A DNA stretch of 64,000 nt from contig OX597815.1 of the NCBI GenBank assembly GCA_951406725.2, positions 23,560,001 to 23,624,000 on the forward strand, written 5' to 3'. This stretch comes from Octopus vulgaris. Taxonomy: Eukaryota. The position numbers were made by a program, and so were the translations under genes. Below the pieces are notes generated by a model. That model did no database searches, was not told the DNA's origin, and saw only the letters and a list, made by a program, of their open reading frames with translations. Positions 38,887-52,213 of this stretch are shown piece by piece. Position 1 is the stretch's first letter, and each line of letters opens with the position of its first letter.

Positions 38887-39116
38887 GGCAGCGAGCTGGC
38901 AGAAACGTTAGCATGCCGGGCGAAATGCATAACCATATTCCGTCTGTCGCTACGTCCTGAGTTCAAATTCCGCCGAGGTCGACTTCGTCTTTCATCCTTT
39001 CGGGGTCGACAAATAAAGTACCAGTTACACACTGGGTCGATGTAATCGACTTAATCCGTTTGTCTGTCCTTGTTTGTCCACTCTGTGTTTAGCCCCTTGT
39101 GGGTAGTAAAGAAATA
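38887..39116 (+). mobile_element. tRNA SINE (7276 family)
   Basis: Colinear with 7276-7509. Other copies are near 49065-49270 (-), 54099-54335 (+) and 59345-59545 (+). Confidence 0.85.
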
Positions 39117-39792
39117 TATGTATTAGTGAAATTCTATCAGATTTCTTTCTTAAATAAAACGCAAGGCCAATTTTGTTGATATATTTGGTGTTATTGATTT
39201 ATTATTTTCTTTTCTTCCTAGTCACAGCTCTACTTTACTTATTTGTTATATTAAATAGTTTATGCAATCAACAATTATAATCATTATAACTACAACTATT
39301 ATAAAACTCATCTTCATTTTCGAATAGTTTTAAGTGATTGACTTGAAATGATATTAATGTGGCTTTCAAAAGTATTATAGGAATATTTATTTTACTTTTA
39401 CCATTTCATCATATTACAAAGCAGTTTCCCAGCATCTTAGTAATCTAAACAAATCAATGAAATCATTTCTTGGAGTATTTTAAGCACTGTTTTGCTAATT
39501 ATCTTAATGAATATCCTTTATTAAGATGAATTTGCTTCAGCTTTCCAGAAGTTTGTGCATGGAATATCGCCAGAAAGTCAATCATCATTATCATTGCTTT
39601 TCCTATTTTCCCTTGTGTTCAGTGTAAAAGACTGGCCAGCATGTCTTCAAATGTAAAGGATGTGCAAGATTAGTTTGCAGTGGGGGAAACTACGAAACAA
39701 TGTATGCATACAGTTGAGATAGCCTACAAATGTAGCTGATAGTTTAAGTGCTGTATGTAGTTGTAATGAAGAGAGGAAAGAAGTACAGGGAG

Positions 39793-40200
39793 CTCTTTTA
39801 CTCTTTACTCTTTTACTTGTTTCAGTCATATGACTGTGGCCATGCTGGAGCACCGCCTTTAGTCGAGCAAATCGACCCCAAGACTTATTCTTTGTAAGCC
39901 TAGTACTTATTCTATCAGTCTCTTTTGCCGAACCGCTAAGTTACGGTGATGTAAACACACCAGCGTCGGTTATCAAGTGATGTTGGGGGGACAAACACAG
40001 ACACACAAACATATACACACACACACATATATATATACGACGGGCTTCTTTCAGTTTCCGTCTACCAAATCCACTCACAAGGCTTTGGTCGGCCCGAGGC
40101 TATAGGAGAAAACACTTGCCCAAGGTGCCACGCAGTGGGACTGAACCTGGAACCATGTGGTTGGTAAACAAGCTACTTACCACACAGCCACTCCTACACC
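39793..40200 (-). mobile_element. CORE-like tRNA SINE, full length
   Basis: Same family as 24249-24651. Confidence 0.85.
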
Positions 40201-40868
40201 TATGCTGTTAGCAATGAAGCAGTTCTTTTTTTTTATTCAAAAGGCAGATTGTGAGAAGTATGCATAAAAGTGTGTTGGTGCATGGCTAAGTGGTTAGGGC
40301 GATGCACTCGTGATTTTGGTTTTGATTCCAAGACCGGGCGATGTGTTGTGATCTTGAGCAAAACACTTCATTTCACATTGCTCCAGTCCACTCAGCTGGC
40401 AAAATTGAGTAATCCTGTGACAGACTTGCATCTTATCCTGGGGGTGATGTATACACCACAACATCAAGGAAACTGGCCTTATGAGCCTATGATTCAGGAA
40501 GGACCTTTGTTCTTTTTTTTATGCATAAAAGTATGATATTGCAGGTTGCAAGACATAGACATTGAACAGAGGTACAGGTGAGAAATGTGGTGTGCATAAG
40601 CTATCAGGTGTGCAATGTTAAACTACATTAAACAGAGAGTACAAGTGAGCTGAGAGAGTGATTAGGCATTAATGACATTGGTTGATGAATGCAAAATAAG
40701 CAATTGCAATAGCATGGATATAATAGGAATGAATATATGAGCACAGGATGAAAGTGTCATGTGGTACCAGTCAGGGTATCCTTGGCAGAAGAAAGCTAAG
40801 AGAGAAATGAGAAAAACTGATGAGGTGAGATCTTAGGTACTAGGTTTTGCATATAAGATCATAAAATA

Positions 40869-41147
40869 TAATAATAATGATATTATTGTATACAGTGCTC
40901 AGGTGCACCACAACTTGTCAGAAAGTGCGTATAGAGTATATGCAGTAATGTACAAATGTCTGGAAAGCAAACAATGTATGAGTCAGATACATGCTTGCAT
41001 GTGTATGGAGGGGACAAAATCAGGTGTAGTGTTGGCGAATCTTAGGAAGTATGGAAGTTTTGAAGGATGCAGTGCTCCGACAACTAACAACTGATGCCGG
41101 CAGTTTGTTCCATACTTCAGCAACTCTTAGCGTGAAAAAATGTTTCC
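40869..41147 (-). mobile_element. CR1-like 3' fragment
   Basis: Reverse complement of the 26310-26580 and 35559-35812 sequences. Confidence 0.85.
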
Positions 41148-41384
41148 TGAAAAGGAGTAGCTAGATGTTAAATGACTGTCCATCCAACCATGCCAACATG
41201 GAAGAATAGACATTGAAATAACGACAAAGATGTGTAAATAGAATGTAAGTACTCTGTAAGTTGGAAATGAAAATCCATTTTAATTACTAGTTATGTTTCC
41301 CTTTCATTATGTTGCTAATATCTCTAAAGAAAACATGGATATCACAGTAAGCCATCAGCTAATTTTTTTTAAAACAATGGTATC

Positions 41385-41728
41385 GCAACTACAATGGGAA
41401 TTGTAGTTGTGATACCTGTTCCGGTGGCACGTAAAAAGCACCATCCGAACATGGCTGATGCCAGTGCCGCCTTGACTGGCTCCCGTGCTGGTGGTACGTA
41501 AAAAGCACCAACCGATTATGGTTGTTGACAGCCTCCCCCGGCACGTAAAAAGCACCCACTACACTCACAGAGTGGTTGGCGTTAGGAAGGGCATCCAGAT
41601 GTAGAAACACTGCCAGATCAGACTGGATCCTGGTGCAGCCTCCTGGCTTCCCAGACCCTGGTCGAACCATCCAACCCATGCTAGCATGGAAAATGGACGT
41701 TAAATGATGATGATGATGATGATGATGA
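41385..41728 (+). mobile_element. RTE 3'UTR fragment
   Basis: Same subfamily as 20692-21050. Confidence 0.8.
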
Positions 41729-42252
41729 ATGTCAGGCTTCATGTATATGGAAATATGAAAAGAAGGCAAGAAAATTCTGATTTATATTAGTGTTCCTCTC
41801 TATGGATATTACATGAGAGTCAGATTCCAAAATAGTCATGTTGAGATAATCTCACTTTATCTAGCTATTGGTAATAGTTACAAGATCATCTGAGAGTGTT
41901 CCGTCTCAGATCTGACTCTCCAGATCATCTCTGTTTGACTTTACAATGTATCCATACACTGGTTTTGATTATTGATGGTGTGTAACATTTCATTCTGTCT
42001 TAAACATATCACATACAAATATCTACCACCAAATGGACATCTTACTGATATTTTACTAGCATACATGCAGGTATGGCTGTGCAGTTTAGAAGTTTGTTTT
42101 GCAAACATATTTTGGCTTCAATCCTGTTGCACAGCACCTTGGGCAAGTAACTTCTGGTATAACGATGGGTTGATTAAAGATTTGTGAGCAGATTTAGTAG
42201 ACACAAACCAAAAGAAGCCTATCATGTGTATGTGTGTGTACACACATATACA

Positions 42253-42294
<42 letters not shown>

Positions 42295-42484
42295 TATATA
42301 TATATACTCTCGGAGTGGTTGGCGTTAGGAAGGGCATCCAGCTGTAGAAACACTGCCAGATCTGACTGGCCTGGTGCAGCCTTCAGGCTTCCCAGACCCC
42401 AGTTGAACTGTCCAACCCATGCTAGCATGGAAAGCGGACGTTAAACGATGATGATGATGATGATGATGATGACTATACACACAC

Positions 42485-42571
<87 letters not shown>

Positions 42572-42655
42572 CAGATAGATAGACAGACATACATACATAC
42601 AGACAGACAGACAGACAGATAGATAGATAGCTAGACTGATTGATACACAGATAGA
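42485..42655. repeat. (GATA)n/(GACA)n microsatellite after an RTE tail
   Basis: Directly visible. Confidence 0.95.
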
Positions 42656-44137
42656 TACACACACACACACACATACATGCACATACATACGTGTATGTGT
42701 GTTTGAGACTTTATCTGTGTGTATGTATTTGTGTCACATGCTAATTGTAAATGAATGCCACCATCATAGAAGCAGAATCTTTGATTGCCAATCTTCCGTG
42801 GAAACATGTATGGTCATCATGCAGTTGATGTTTAAAGGACTGGAGTGAATATTACCATGCCTGGAAAACAGGTTTGTGTTGATGAGAAGTAGAGCATCTG
42901 TCCATAGAAATCTACCTTAATGAATTCCATCTGACACATGCAAACATGGAGAAAGTGGACATATGATGATGATGATGATGGTGGTGGTGGTGATAATGAG
43001 GATGATGTTGATGATGGTGAAAATTTAATAGTAAAGGGAATGATAGCATACTTGATGTTGTAAACCGAAAAAATTTAATTAATTAAAATCACACCCACAA
43101 TGCTGAGAACAAATCATTACCTAATTGACCAATTCTGGTAAAAAAAAATTATATAAAAACACAGGCTATTATATGTGCTAAAGCCATACATTAACTCTCA
43201 TAAATTTAAAATGATATGAAAAAAAATCAATAATTTATTTTTTCAAATATTAAAGAAATTTGTATCAAATATATTATCAAACAAACAACTAGTTCTCCTT
43301 CCCCTCCTTCTCTTACAGAAATAATTGAGAAAATGCCAAAGTGATTTATGGAGTATGGAGGAATGGTGTATTGTATAAACTCAGATAAAAGTGGTGCAAG
43401 TGACAGAGAACATATGAGTCAAAAATAGAAGATATATAGAACAATCCATGGCGTATAATGTCTTTCCTGTAACAGGATATCAATAAGTTTGAACTTCCTT
43501 CACATAAACATGATCACTTATGTGAGCAGTTTCACCTTTGTAATATATAAACTTCCAAGCCTATATATGGATGGATGAACAAAAGTCTTTTTGTTGCAGT
43601 AAAAGAAAAGATCGCACTTATCTATTTTTACTCGCCCCACTAGAGGACAAGAAAAACTCTGTGACATCAATTTTGTGCCAAGTCAGGAAATACAACAAAG
43701 AAAGCATAAAATGTATTTGTTTCTTTTGATTATTTCCTCTCCACTCCCTGTAGCTTAAAATTAAGGACAGTAAGGAATGCCAATTGTCAAAATACATATT
43801 TAGTACTCAGATTACTCTGTCAAATGTAATACTTATTTATTCACATTGTTTTGAATTAGTCATGCATTATCTCATAGCTGTGAGATTTCCATGATGTGAC
43901 TCTTTACTTAAGGAATGATATTGTAAGACAGGTGTAAGAGGCTGAATCCGGCTGGTTTGAATATAAAACAGGTAGAATATTTTGGCTGGATATGACTGGT
44001 TTCAATGCTAAAGGTTTAGATATTATTGAGTTGATTATTGTAATAATCAGTAGGTGTCAATAGGGAAGGAACAGCACATGTCATTAGAATTTCTCATGTT
44101 AATAGACATTCTTTTCTTGTGAGGGTTCAATACAGCA

Positions 44138-44524
44138 TGGAGGCGCAATGGCCCAGTGGTTAGGGCAGCGGACTCGCGGTCATAAGATCGCGGTTTTGAT
44201 TCCCAGACCGAGCGTTGTGAGTGTTTATTGAGCGAAATCACCTAAAGCTCTACGAGGCTTCGGCAGGGGATGGTGGTGATCCCTGCTGTACTCTTTCACC
44301 ACAACTTTCTCTCACTCTTACTTCCTGTTTCTGTTGTACCTGTATTTCATAGGGACCAGCTTTGTCACTCTCTGTGTCACGCTGAATCTCCCTGAGAACT
44401 ACGTTAAGGGTACACGTGTCTGTGGAGTGCTCAGCCACTTACCCGTTAATTTCACGAGCAGGCTGTTCCGTTGATTCGGATCAACCGGAACCCTCGTTGT
44501 CATAACCGACGGAGTGCTTCCATC
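44138..44524 (+). mobile_element. Full-length tRNA-derived SINE
   Basis: A box TGGCCCAGTGG, B box GGTTTTGATTCCC and TSD CAATACAGCA (44128, 44525). Confidence 0.9.
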
Positions 44525-45181
44525 CAATACAGCATGTGGTATGAACACAAGACCAAAGAGGAGATTTATGATCAAATTCCATCTATCTCTACAACTGTTG
44601 CTCAATACAGGGTAGTTAGAGATATACACCGAATTTGTAACCAAGAACCGAAACCTCAGTCTTAATGTTCATTTCTGTTGCATTTGGAATTTTGTACTTG
44701 GAATTTATAAGTTCACCACCGTCTTCAGTGAGATGAGAGCTCAGTCTAGATAAGCCCATTCACATTCACTTCTATTGCTAACGACCTAGTTCAACTTTAG
44801 GAGGGTGATAAGTTCAAGACACCCATAGAAAAAAAACATTCTCTTTTCTTTGGCCACTTGCAAACAAGTTTACTTCTGCTATTATGTAGAAATCAAAGAC
44901 CTAGATTTCACACACACACATACACAATGTACGTACATGTGCATGCGCGCGCGCACACACACACACACACCACACCTAACCACACTGGTAACTAACTATT
45001 AGTGAACTTCATATCCACTTAGTAGTAGCCTTCTACAAGAGATCCTCTATGAAAGAAGATTAAAATTTGTATTTACTTCCAACTCATAGCAGTTTTGAAA
45101 AACTCATAACAGTTGAATAAAATCACCTACCTACCTACCTATCTACTCAACTATCTAGCTAGCATTTGGAGTTCTTTATAA

Positions 45182-45315
45182 TCTCTGACGAGGCCTATGG
45201 TTAAATATATAAGTACCCTATTTTTAAATGCCTACAACCTCAATATAATTGACAACTATAGGCAATAAAAATTCTAAAAAACTACTTTTAACCATAGGCT
45301 GAAACAGCTGTAAGG
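45182..45315 (+). ncRNA. Type I hammerhead ribozyme motif with long stem II
   Basis: TCT-CTGACGA-GGCCTATGGTTAAA(81 nt)TTTAACCATAGGCT-GAAAC-AGCT-GTA-AGG: canonical core, 14-bp stem II and palindromic stem III ACAGCTGT. Confidence 0.75.
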
Positions 45316-45869
45316 AGTGATTTTAATGATTTCAATAATTTATATTATGATTTTGATAATTTGTAATCTTATCTTATATGTATTGAATTATAAGGTATAT
45401 ATGTATGCTATTAAGGTTCTCATTTTGTTAAATGAATAAATAATTCAACATTCTAATATCTGAAAGTTGATGAACAAACTAAATTGTTTCTCCATTTTCT
45501 TATTTGTATTATATATATATATGCATCAATTTCTTTCAATGCATCTAGAAATGATTAACTAGGCAACACTCAGCATCTTCTTTATTTTTCCTCATCTCAA
45601 TCTGCAACAGCCACCAGTCAAATATAATAGTTACATAGGCTTTGTTGGCCGTCCTCTTGTGTAGAGCAACAGTCATATATCAGATGGTATATTTTGAAGG
45701 CTTCCACACCCAACAGAAGACAACGAAATTAAAGATCAACCAAAGTTAATGGGGGACAGAAATTCCTGGTATGTTGTTGTAAAATGCATCTTGGTTGTGA
45801 TTTCTTGAAAAAGGAGAGAAACATTTTGAATTCTCTTTTGTGAGGACATTTTTGAAGAAGTCAATTTAA

Positions 45870-46090
45870 CCCTTTAGTGTTCACATTATTCTGCCAAAAT
45901 TAATATTTCTTTATCCACATCGTTTTGAACTAATCATGCATTATCTTGTAGCTATGAGATTTCGATGAGGTAGCTGTTAATTTTTAAAACGATATTGTAG
46001 GGTTGGTGTAAGAGACCAGATCTAGCCAGTTTGAACATAAAACAGGCAGAATACTTTTGGCCGGAAATGGCAGGTTTAAATGCTAAAAGG
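45870..46090. mobile_element. TTAA-target MITE (second copy about 43800-44015)
   Basis: TTAA|CCCTTTAG...CTAAAAGG|CTAA termini. The internal sequence is shared with 43800-44015. Confidence 0.7.
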
Positions 46091-46484
46091 CTAAAATATA
46101 AGCACAAATAATCTCAACCCTTTCATCAATCCAATCAATTGAAGTTGGGTTGAAGTGAAAAACAGACAGCTGTATTTTACTATAATCAAGTACAAATATT
46201 CACATTAAAAAATAGAAAAATAATGATTTTATAGCGACTTTCTTACAATGTCATATTTTACATTCACAATGTAGCACAGAGAACAACAAGATATTTAGAG
46301 TTAGAAATGTCTTTACATTTAAATGTATTAAATTATCCAAACTACCAAAAAGATGTTTTTTTTTAATGAAGAACTAGACAGGAATTAGAAGGCTGAGTAA
46401 TTTTACAGATCATTTAGACACTAATTTGGTAGCAACAATCAGTATTTTATAAAGAACTGTTGCTTATTTTATTTATTTTTTTAT

Positions 46485-46662
46485 AGGTGCAGGAGTGGCT
46501 ATAGGCACAGGAGTGGCTGTGTGGTAAGTAGCTTGTTTACCAACCACATGGTTCCGGGTTCAGTCCCACTGCGTGGCACCTTGGGCAAGTGTCTTCTATA
46601 GCCTTGGGCTGACCAAAGCCTTGTGAGTGGATTTGGTAGACGGAAACTGAAAGAAGCCCATC

Positions 46663-46697
<35 letters not shown>

Positions 46698-46918
46698 TGT
46701 GTGTGTTTGTGTGTCTGTGTTTGTCCCCCTAGCATTGCTTGCAACCGATGCTAGTGTGTTTATGTCCCTGTTACTTAGCGGTTCGGCAAAAGAGACCGAT
46801 AGAATAAGTACTGGGCTTACAAAAGAATAAGTCCCAGGGTCAATTTGGTCGATTAAAGGTGGTGCTCCAGCATGGCCACAGTCAAACAACTGAAACTAGT
46901 AAAAGAGTAAAAGAGAGA
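46485..46918 (+). mobile_element. CORE-like tRNA SINE with a duplicated 5' end
   Basis: Same family as 24249. The head CAGGAGTGGCT occurs twice. Confidence 0.85.
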
Positions 46919-48179
46919 GAGTTCTCCACATTCATTCATTTCTATTTAGCTAATGTTGGTACTCATGACTTTTGCATGACCTCATTGGTAGATGGTTAAA
47001 ATCGATGTTTTATGTCAATTTCTGTAAGTTATGGATGAAGCAAAGAATCTTCTATGATGTTTGGTGGGGAGACACAGTAAGAATGATGAGTTGATGAGGG
47101 AATGATGAAGGAATGTCTTACATAGGCTTTGGTGGAGTGGGTACGCAGCATATCAATGCAAAAGAGAATTAGCTATCATAGTAGAAGCAGAAGAGACAAA
47201 GGGAAGAGAAAGTAAACCAGGGAAGTGAATGAATGTAGACCCATCAGTCAGCTGACTGGCCTTTGCCATTGAAATATGATCTACAATGCTTGTGTATGTA
47301 TCAGCAGTGCTGCCTTAGAAAAATGCCTGATATTTTAATGTGGTTCACAATTATGCTTTATGTATACTTTAGCCTTCAGGAGGAAACTTGAGCTTTGGAA
47401 TAAAGTTTAAACAATATTATAGATGCGTGGTGAGTGTGAATAGTTGTCAGAGCTTATGAGGCCGAGCATCTATAGAAGTTATGAGTCACTTGTGTCGAGT
47501 AGGGGTGGAGTCATTTACAGTGAGTTGGAGGACATTTGTAGTGAGTTGAAGAGCTTAGCTATACTCTTTCTCTTTTTACTCTTTTACTTGTTTCTGCCAT
47601 TTGACTGTGGCCATGTTGGAGCACTGCCTTTAGTCGAGCAAATCGACTCCAGGACTTATTCTTTGGAAGCCAAGTACTTATTCAAACAGTCTCTTTTGCT
47701 GAACTGCTAAGTTATGGGGATGTAAACACACCACCATGCACACATACTCTTTCTCTCTCTCTCTCTCATATACACCATATACACATACTCTTTCTCTCTC
47801 TCTCTCTCTCTCTGTCACACACACACACTTTTAAAATACACTGACCTGTTCTCTAATTATAAAACTGATGGTATTGAATCCATTCTTTTCAATCCCAGTT
47901 ATGATGAATTAATCATGTCAGAATGGGTGACAACAGAATTCCAAAAGTCCATATGTAACCAGCACCACAATGAAAGGAAAAACGAAGTACAAAGAGAAGC
48001 TCAGAGCTAATCTGAAAGTGAAAAAGTTCCTCTAGAAATGCTTGAGAAAAACCATCTACATTGCACCTAGTGTGTGTGATTGTACCTACAGCGTGTGTGT
48101 GTGTTTGTTTGGTTTTGTGTGTGAATGTGTGTGTGTAGTTGCATGCACATTTGTGTATGCGTCTATTTCCTCCTCCTCC

Positions 48180-48210
<31 letters not shown>

Positions 48211-48559
48211 GATTATTATTATTATCATTATTATGATTTCTCTTTTACTTTCTCTTTCACTTGTTTCAGTCATTTGACTGCGGCCATGCTGGAGCACCGC
48301 CTTAAGTCGAGCAAATATAACTTTAAGGAACTGCTGGTAAGTCTCATCTCTAGCATCTTACCTACCTTCAGACATGCATTCTTACTTCCTTACTTCAATC
48401 TATGAATCAGGGTATAATTTCTAATACCAAAACCAACTGCTTTTGTTGTGCTTTCGAACAAGAAAGAGTAACCAAGATAATTTATAAGGAACTTTAAGAA
48501 AACCAACCATACAATGATGGTCATATCAAAGCAGCCTGTGACAAAGTAATTGGGAACTG

Positions 48560-49000
48560 CATACAATTTCAAAAACCTATGGCTAGTAGCATGCAGTGAC
48601 TTCCAGGAAATTTATGAAATAGTTCCTGTAGCCACCAATGACATCATCCAGCTGGCCAATGAAGGGAGAATGCAAAATATTAATGAGGAAGGAATGGAAG
48701 AATTAATAAGCGTCTGACAATAAGAGTTTATCCATTGAAGAGCTGCAGGAGTTAGTGCATCAACACATAAAAAAATTAATCCAAAGACCCAACTGGAGAG
48801 CCAGTAATTCAGAAAGAATTCTTGCCACTGAATTCCTTAGTAACAGCATCAGCAAAATTATGGAAGTCATGGACCAGTTTGCTGAGAATAATCCTAACTG
48901 GGAGTGCAGTTATGAGACTAAAAGAAGTGATCAAGAAATGGTATTCTGCTTCCATGAACTGCCTCATGAGGAAACATTCAAGGTAATGTAGACAGATGCT
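48560..49000 (+). mobile_element. Tigger/pogo-like transposase C-terminal remnant
   Basis: ORF 48755-48991 (..DQFAENNPNWECSYETKRSDQEMVFCFHEL..) resembles the Tigger C-terminal DPNxERS..SCYxEL motif. Heavily decayed. Confidence 0.45.
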
Positions 49001-49738
49001 TCATCAAAAGGTAATCAATGTGTAAAGAACCAGAGCCTGGATCTTCATTTTGTTTATAATATCCTATTTCTTTATTACCCACAAGGGGTTAAACATAGAG
49101 GGGACAAACAAATGGATTAAGTCACTGGTGCGTAACTGGTACTTAATTTATCAACCGAAAGGATGAAAGGCAAAGTCGACCTCGGCGGAATTTGAACTCA
49201 ACATAACAGCAGACGAAATACTGCTAAGCATTTCGCCCAGCATGCTAACGTTTCTGCCAGTTCGCCGCCTTTGTTTATAACATCCTCTGTCCTATTCTGC
49301 ACTGTTGTTTTTCAACTGAATTAATGGTGAGTATGCTTGTGTACTTATGATTAAAGTCGATGGATGTAATCTGTTTAATAATTTTTATCACATTAAATCT
49401 TAATTAAACTTGTTTTCTGATTCTGTCACAACCTTAGATCACAATATGTAGCATTACAATGTTTGAGACTCTCTAAAGTTATTATTGAAGGTTTACAAGA
49501 TTCAACATTGAATCTCTATGTAGCTATCTATAGATACATGTCACCTTCATTTGTGTACATATCAGTGCTAAAAATAACCTTTTAAACTCATATTCTTATT
49601 TATGCTGTTACAATAACCCAGTTTAGCACTGCCTTTTTAGGAATGTATCTAGACCACTGAGGTGTTATCCTCTGTGTGTGTGTGTGTCTGTGTAAACATC
49701 ATTATATAAAGAGAGAGAGTGAGAGAGAGAGAGAGAGG

Positions 49739-49782
<44 letters not shown>

Positions 49783-50504
49783 TAGAGAGAGAGTAGATAG
49801 ATGTATGCAGATATAGCTGTTTTGTTAAGACATTTGCTTCACAACTTTATGGTTTGGGGTTCAGCCCCACTGCACAACACTTTAGGTGTCTTCTGTCTAT
49901 TGTTTCAGGTGAGTTGCCTGGAGCAAAAACCTTTTGTGGATTCCAAGCGATGAGAATTCTCATGTCAGATGACCCAGAATGACATACATTCATCAGCTCT
50001 CTCATGATGCCACACAAGAAATAGAAGACCTCAAAAATGTCTTGGACGACAGACATATGGAGAGAAAGAGCGGTTTATGACATGTCTTATTTTTACTGTA
50101 GTCCTAAATAACCAATGGCTTGTGAGTGAAAATGATGACTGAAACTGCAGGAAGCCCACCATGTGAGTATGTGTGTGTGTGTGTGCATACATATACCCAT
50201 AAGTGAATAATCTTGAATGTTGATAATCCATGCTTTTCACTGCTTGAGTTCTGCCCTTTAAAATAAAAAGTAAACCTTTTCTTGAAAAATAGATAAGATT
50301 TGACAACAGGAAGAGCAGTCATCCATAAATTATAATTCAAACAACTCCCCATCTAACCCATGGTAGCACAGATGCTAAATGGCAGCAAATTCAGTGGGAA
50401 CAACAAATGTAAAATCATAAATGTAAAATGTTTCTTTTGGCAAGTGAAGGATATCTCAATGGATATGTCACTGGAATGTATGATTCTTGCTGGATGATGA
50501 CAGT

Positions 50505-50835
50505 GAAGGCACACAACTCAGTGGTTAGAGCGTCGAGCTTACGATCGCGAGGTTTTGAGTTCGAATCCCGGACTGGGCTGTGTGTTGTGTTCTTGAGCAA
50601 GACACTTTATTTCACTTTGCTCCAATTCACTCAGCTGTAGAAATGAGTTGCAACATCACAGGTGCCAAGCTGTATCTGCTGTTGCCTTTCCCTTGGATAA
50701 CACTGGTGGTGTGGAGAGGGGAGACCGGTATGCATGGGCGACTGCTGGTCTTCCATAAACAACCTTGCCCAGACTTGTGCCTGGGAGGGTAACTTTCTAG
50801 GTGCAATCCCATGGTCAGTCATGACTGAAGGGAGT
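50505..50835 (+). mobile_element. tRNA-derived SINE (distinct family)
   Basis: Head CTCAGTGGTTAGAGC...GAGTTCGAATCCC followed by GTGTTCTTGAGCAAGACACTT. A related copy is near 40280-40500. Confidence 0.8.
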
Positions 50836-52021
50836 CTTAACTCAACTCAACAGCTGGATGATGAAAACTCCAGCAGGCTTGACTGCCATATTCCTTTTGA
50901 TGTAGCAGAGCTTGACTGATACAATGTCAAGAGATTACTTTCCTTTTATCTTTTCTTTTTAAGGGTGCAGCTGGGAAAAATACTTAGCAGTATTTTGTCA
51001 AATTTCGCTGAGGTCGACTTTACCTTTCATCCTTTTTGGGGGTCAACAAAATAAGTACCAGTTGAGTACTGGGGTTGATGTAATTAACTTACTCTCTCCC
51101 CAAAATTGCTGGCCTTGTGCCAAAATTTGAAACTAATATTACTATCCTTTTTTGATGATTAGGGTAAGGTAAGTTAAGATAATTAAATGGTTTCTGGTTA
51201 GTGTTTCATTTGGATTGATGAACCAATAAATGAGAAACAAGAAGGCAGAATTGGTTTTGTGATTGGGAAGAACCTAACTGATAAGTGAGATGAATTGTCA
51301 ATCAGTGTGAATGACAAAATAATTAAACACTGCTCCATGCTGTCATATGTCTGTCTTCTCTGTATAGACACCATTTATAGTGGTCTTTGCCTGCTGCTGC
51401 TATGTTCCAAACTGTATTAGGTAATACACTATTCCATCATAAATTCAAGTATAGAGTTAACTAGATACACTCTTAGCTGAAACAGGGTTACAATAAATAA
51501 ACATTACATTCATGATCTTTGTAGTATCAAAGAATTGCATGGGGCTATAGGTTAGATGGGTTGCTACCTTATATGAGCAAATGTGAAGTTAATTGCTAAG
51601 AAAAAGTTTGTATCAAAAACCATGCTGTTCCAGACTGGTTGAATGTTGTCTAACTCCAAAATACTGAAATATCAGCATCTTTTCACAAATTCATCCCATC
51701 ATGGTTCATTCTCAGTCATCAAACAAAAAAGTTTATGCCAATGATCTAATGAAAGCCTTCGACTTAGGAATAGAAATACACCATGGTGGATCTCTGGAAA
51801 AGTTGTGGATGTTCATCTAAGTTTGTTGATGTGTTTGTCAACCAATACATGAGTATGGAGATATAATTTAACTCAAAAAATAAAACAAATATGTTCTGTT
51901 GGAACAGAACTTGGTATTAACCAGGGAGCTATACCTGCACCAATTTTATTCTCCATATACTTTGCAGTTATTATATGGTCATGCACTTAAGGACCATGAT
52001 CTAGATATTTTTGTCTATTAT

Positions 52022-52213
52022 AATATAATGAAATTATTGTATGCACTGCTCAGGTGCACCACAACTTATCAGAAAGTGCGTATAAAGTATATGCAGTAAT
52101 GTACAAATGTCTGGAAAGCGAACATGCTTGTGTGTGTATGGAGGGGAAGAAAATCTGGTGTAGTGTTGGCGAATCTCAGGAAGCATGGAAGTTTTGAAGG
52201 ATGCAGTGCTCCA
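52022..52213 (-). mobile_element. CR1-like 3' fragment
   Basis: Matches 40869-41080 with an internal deletion. Confidence 0.8.

Noticed and set aside
35559-41147. Inverted CR1 tails 5 kb apart as a special structure
   Set aside because: Explained by independent insertions of a common family with different truncation points.
44138-44215. tRNA gene (also 50505-50575 and 63170-63244)
   Set aside because: No proper acceptor stem or terminator. These are SINE heads continuing into SINE bodies, with TSDs at 44138 and 62870.
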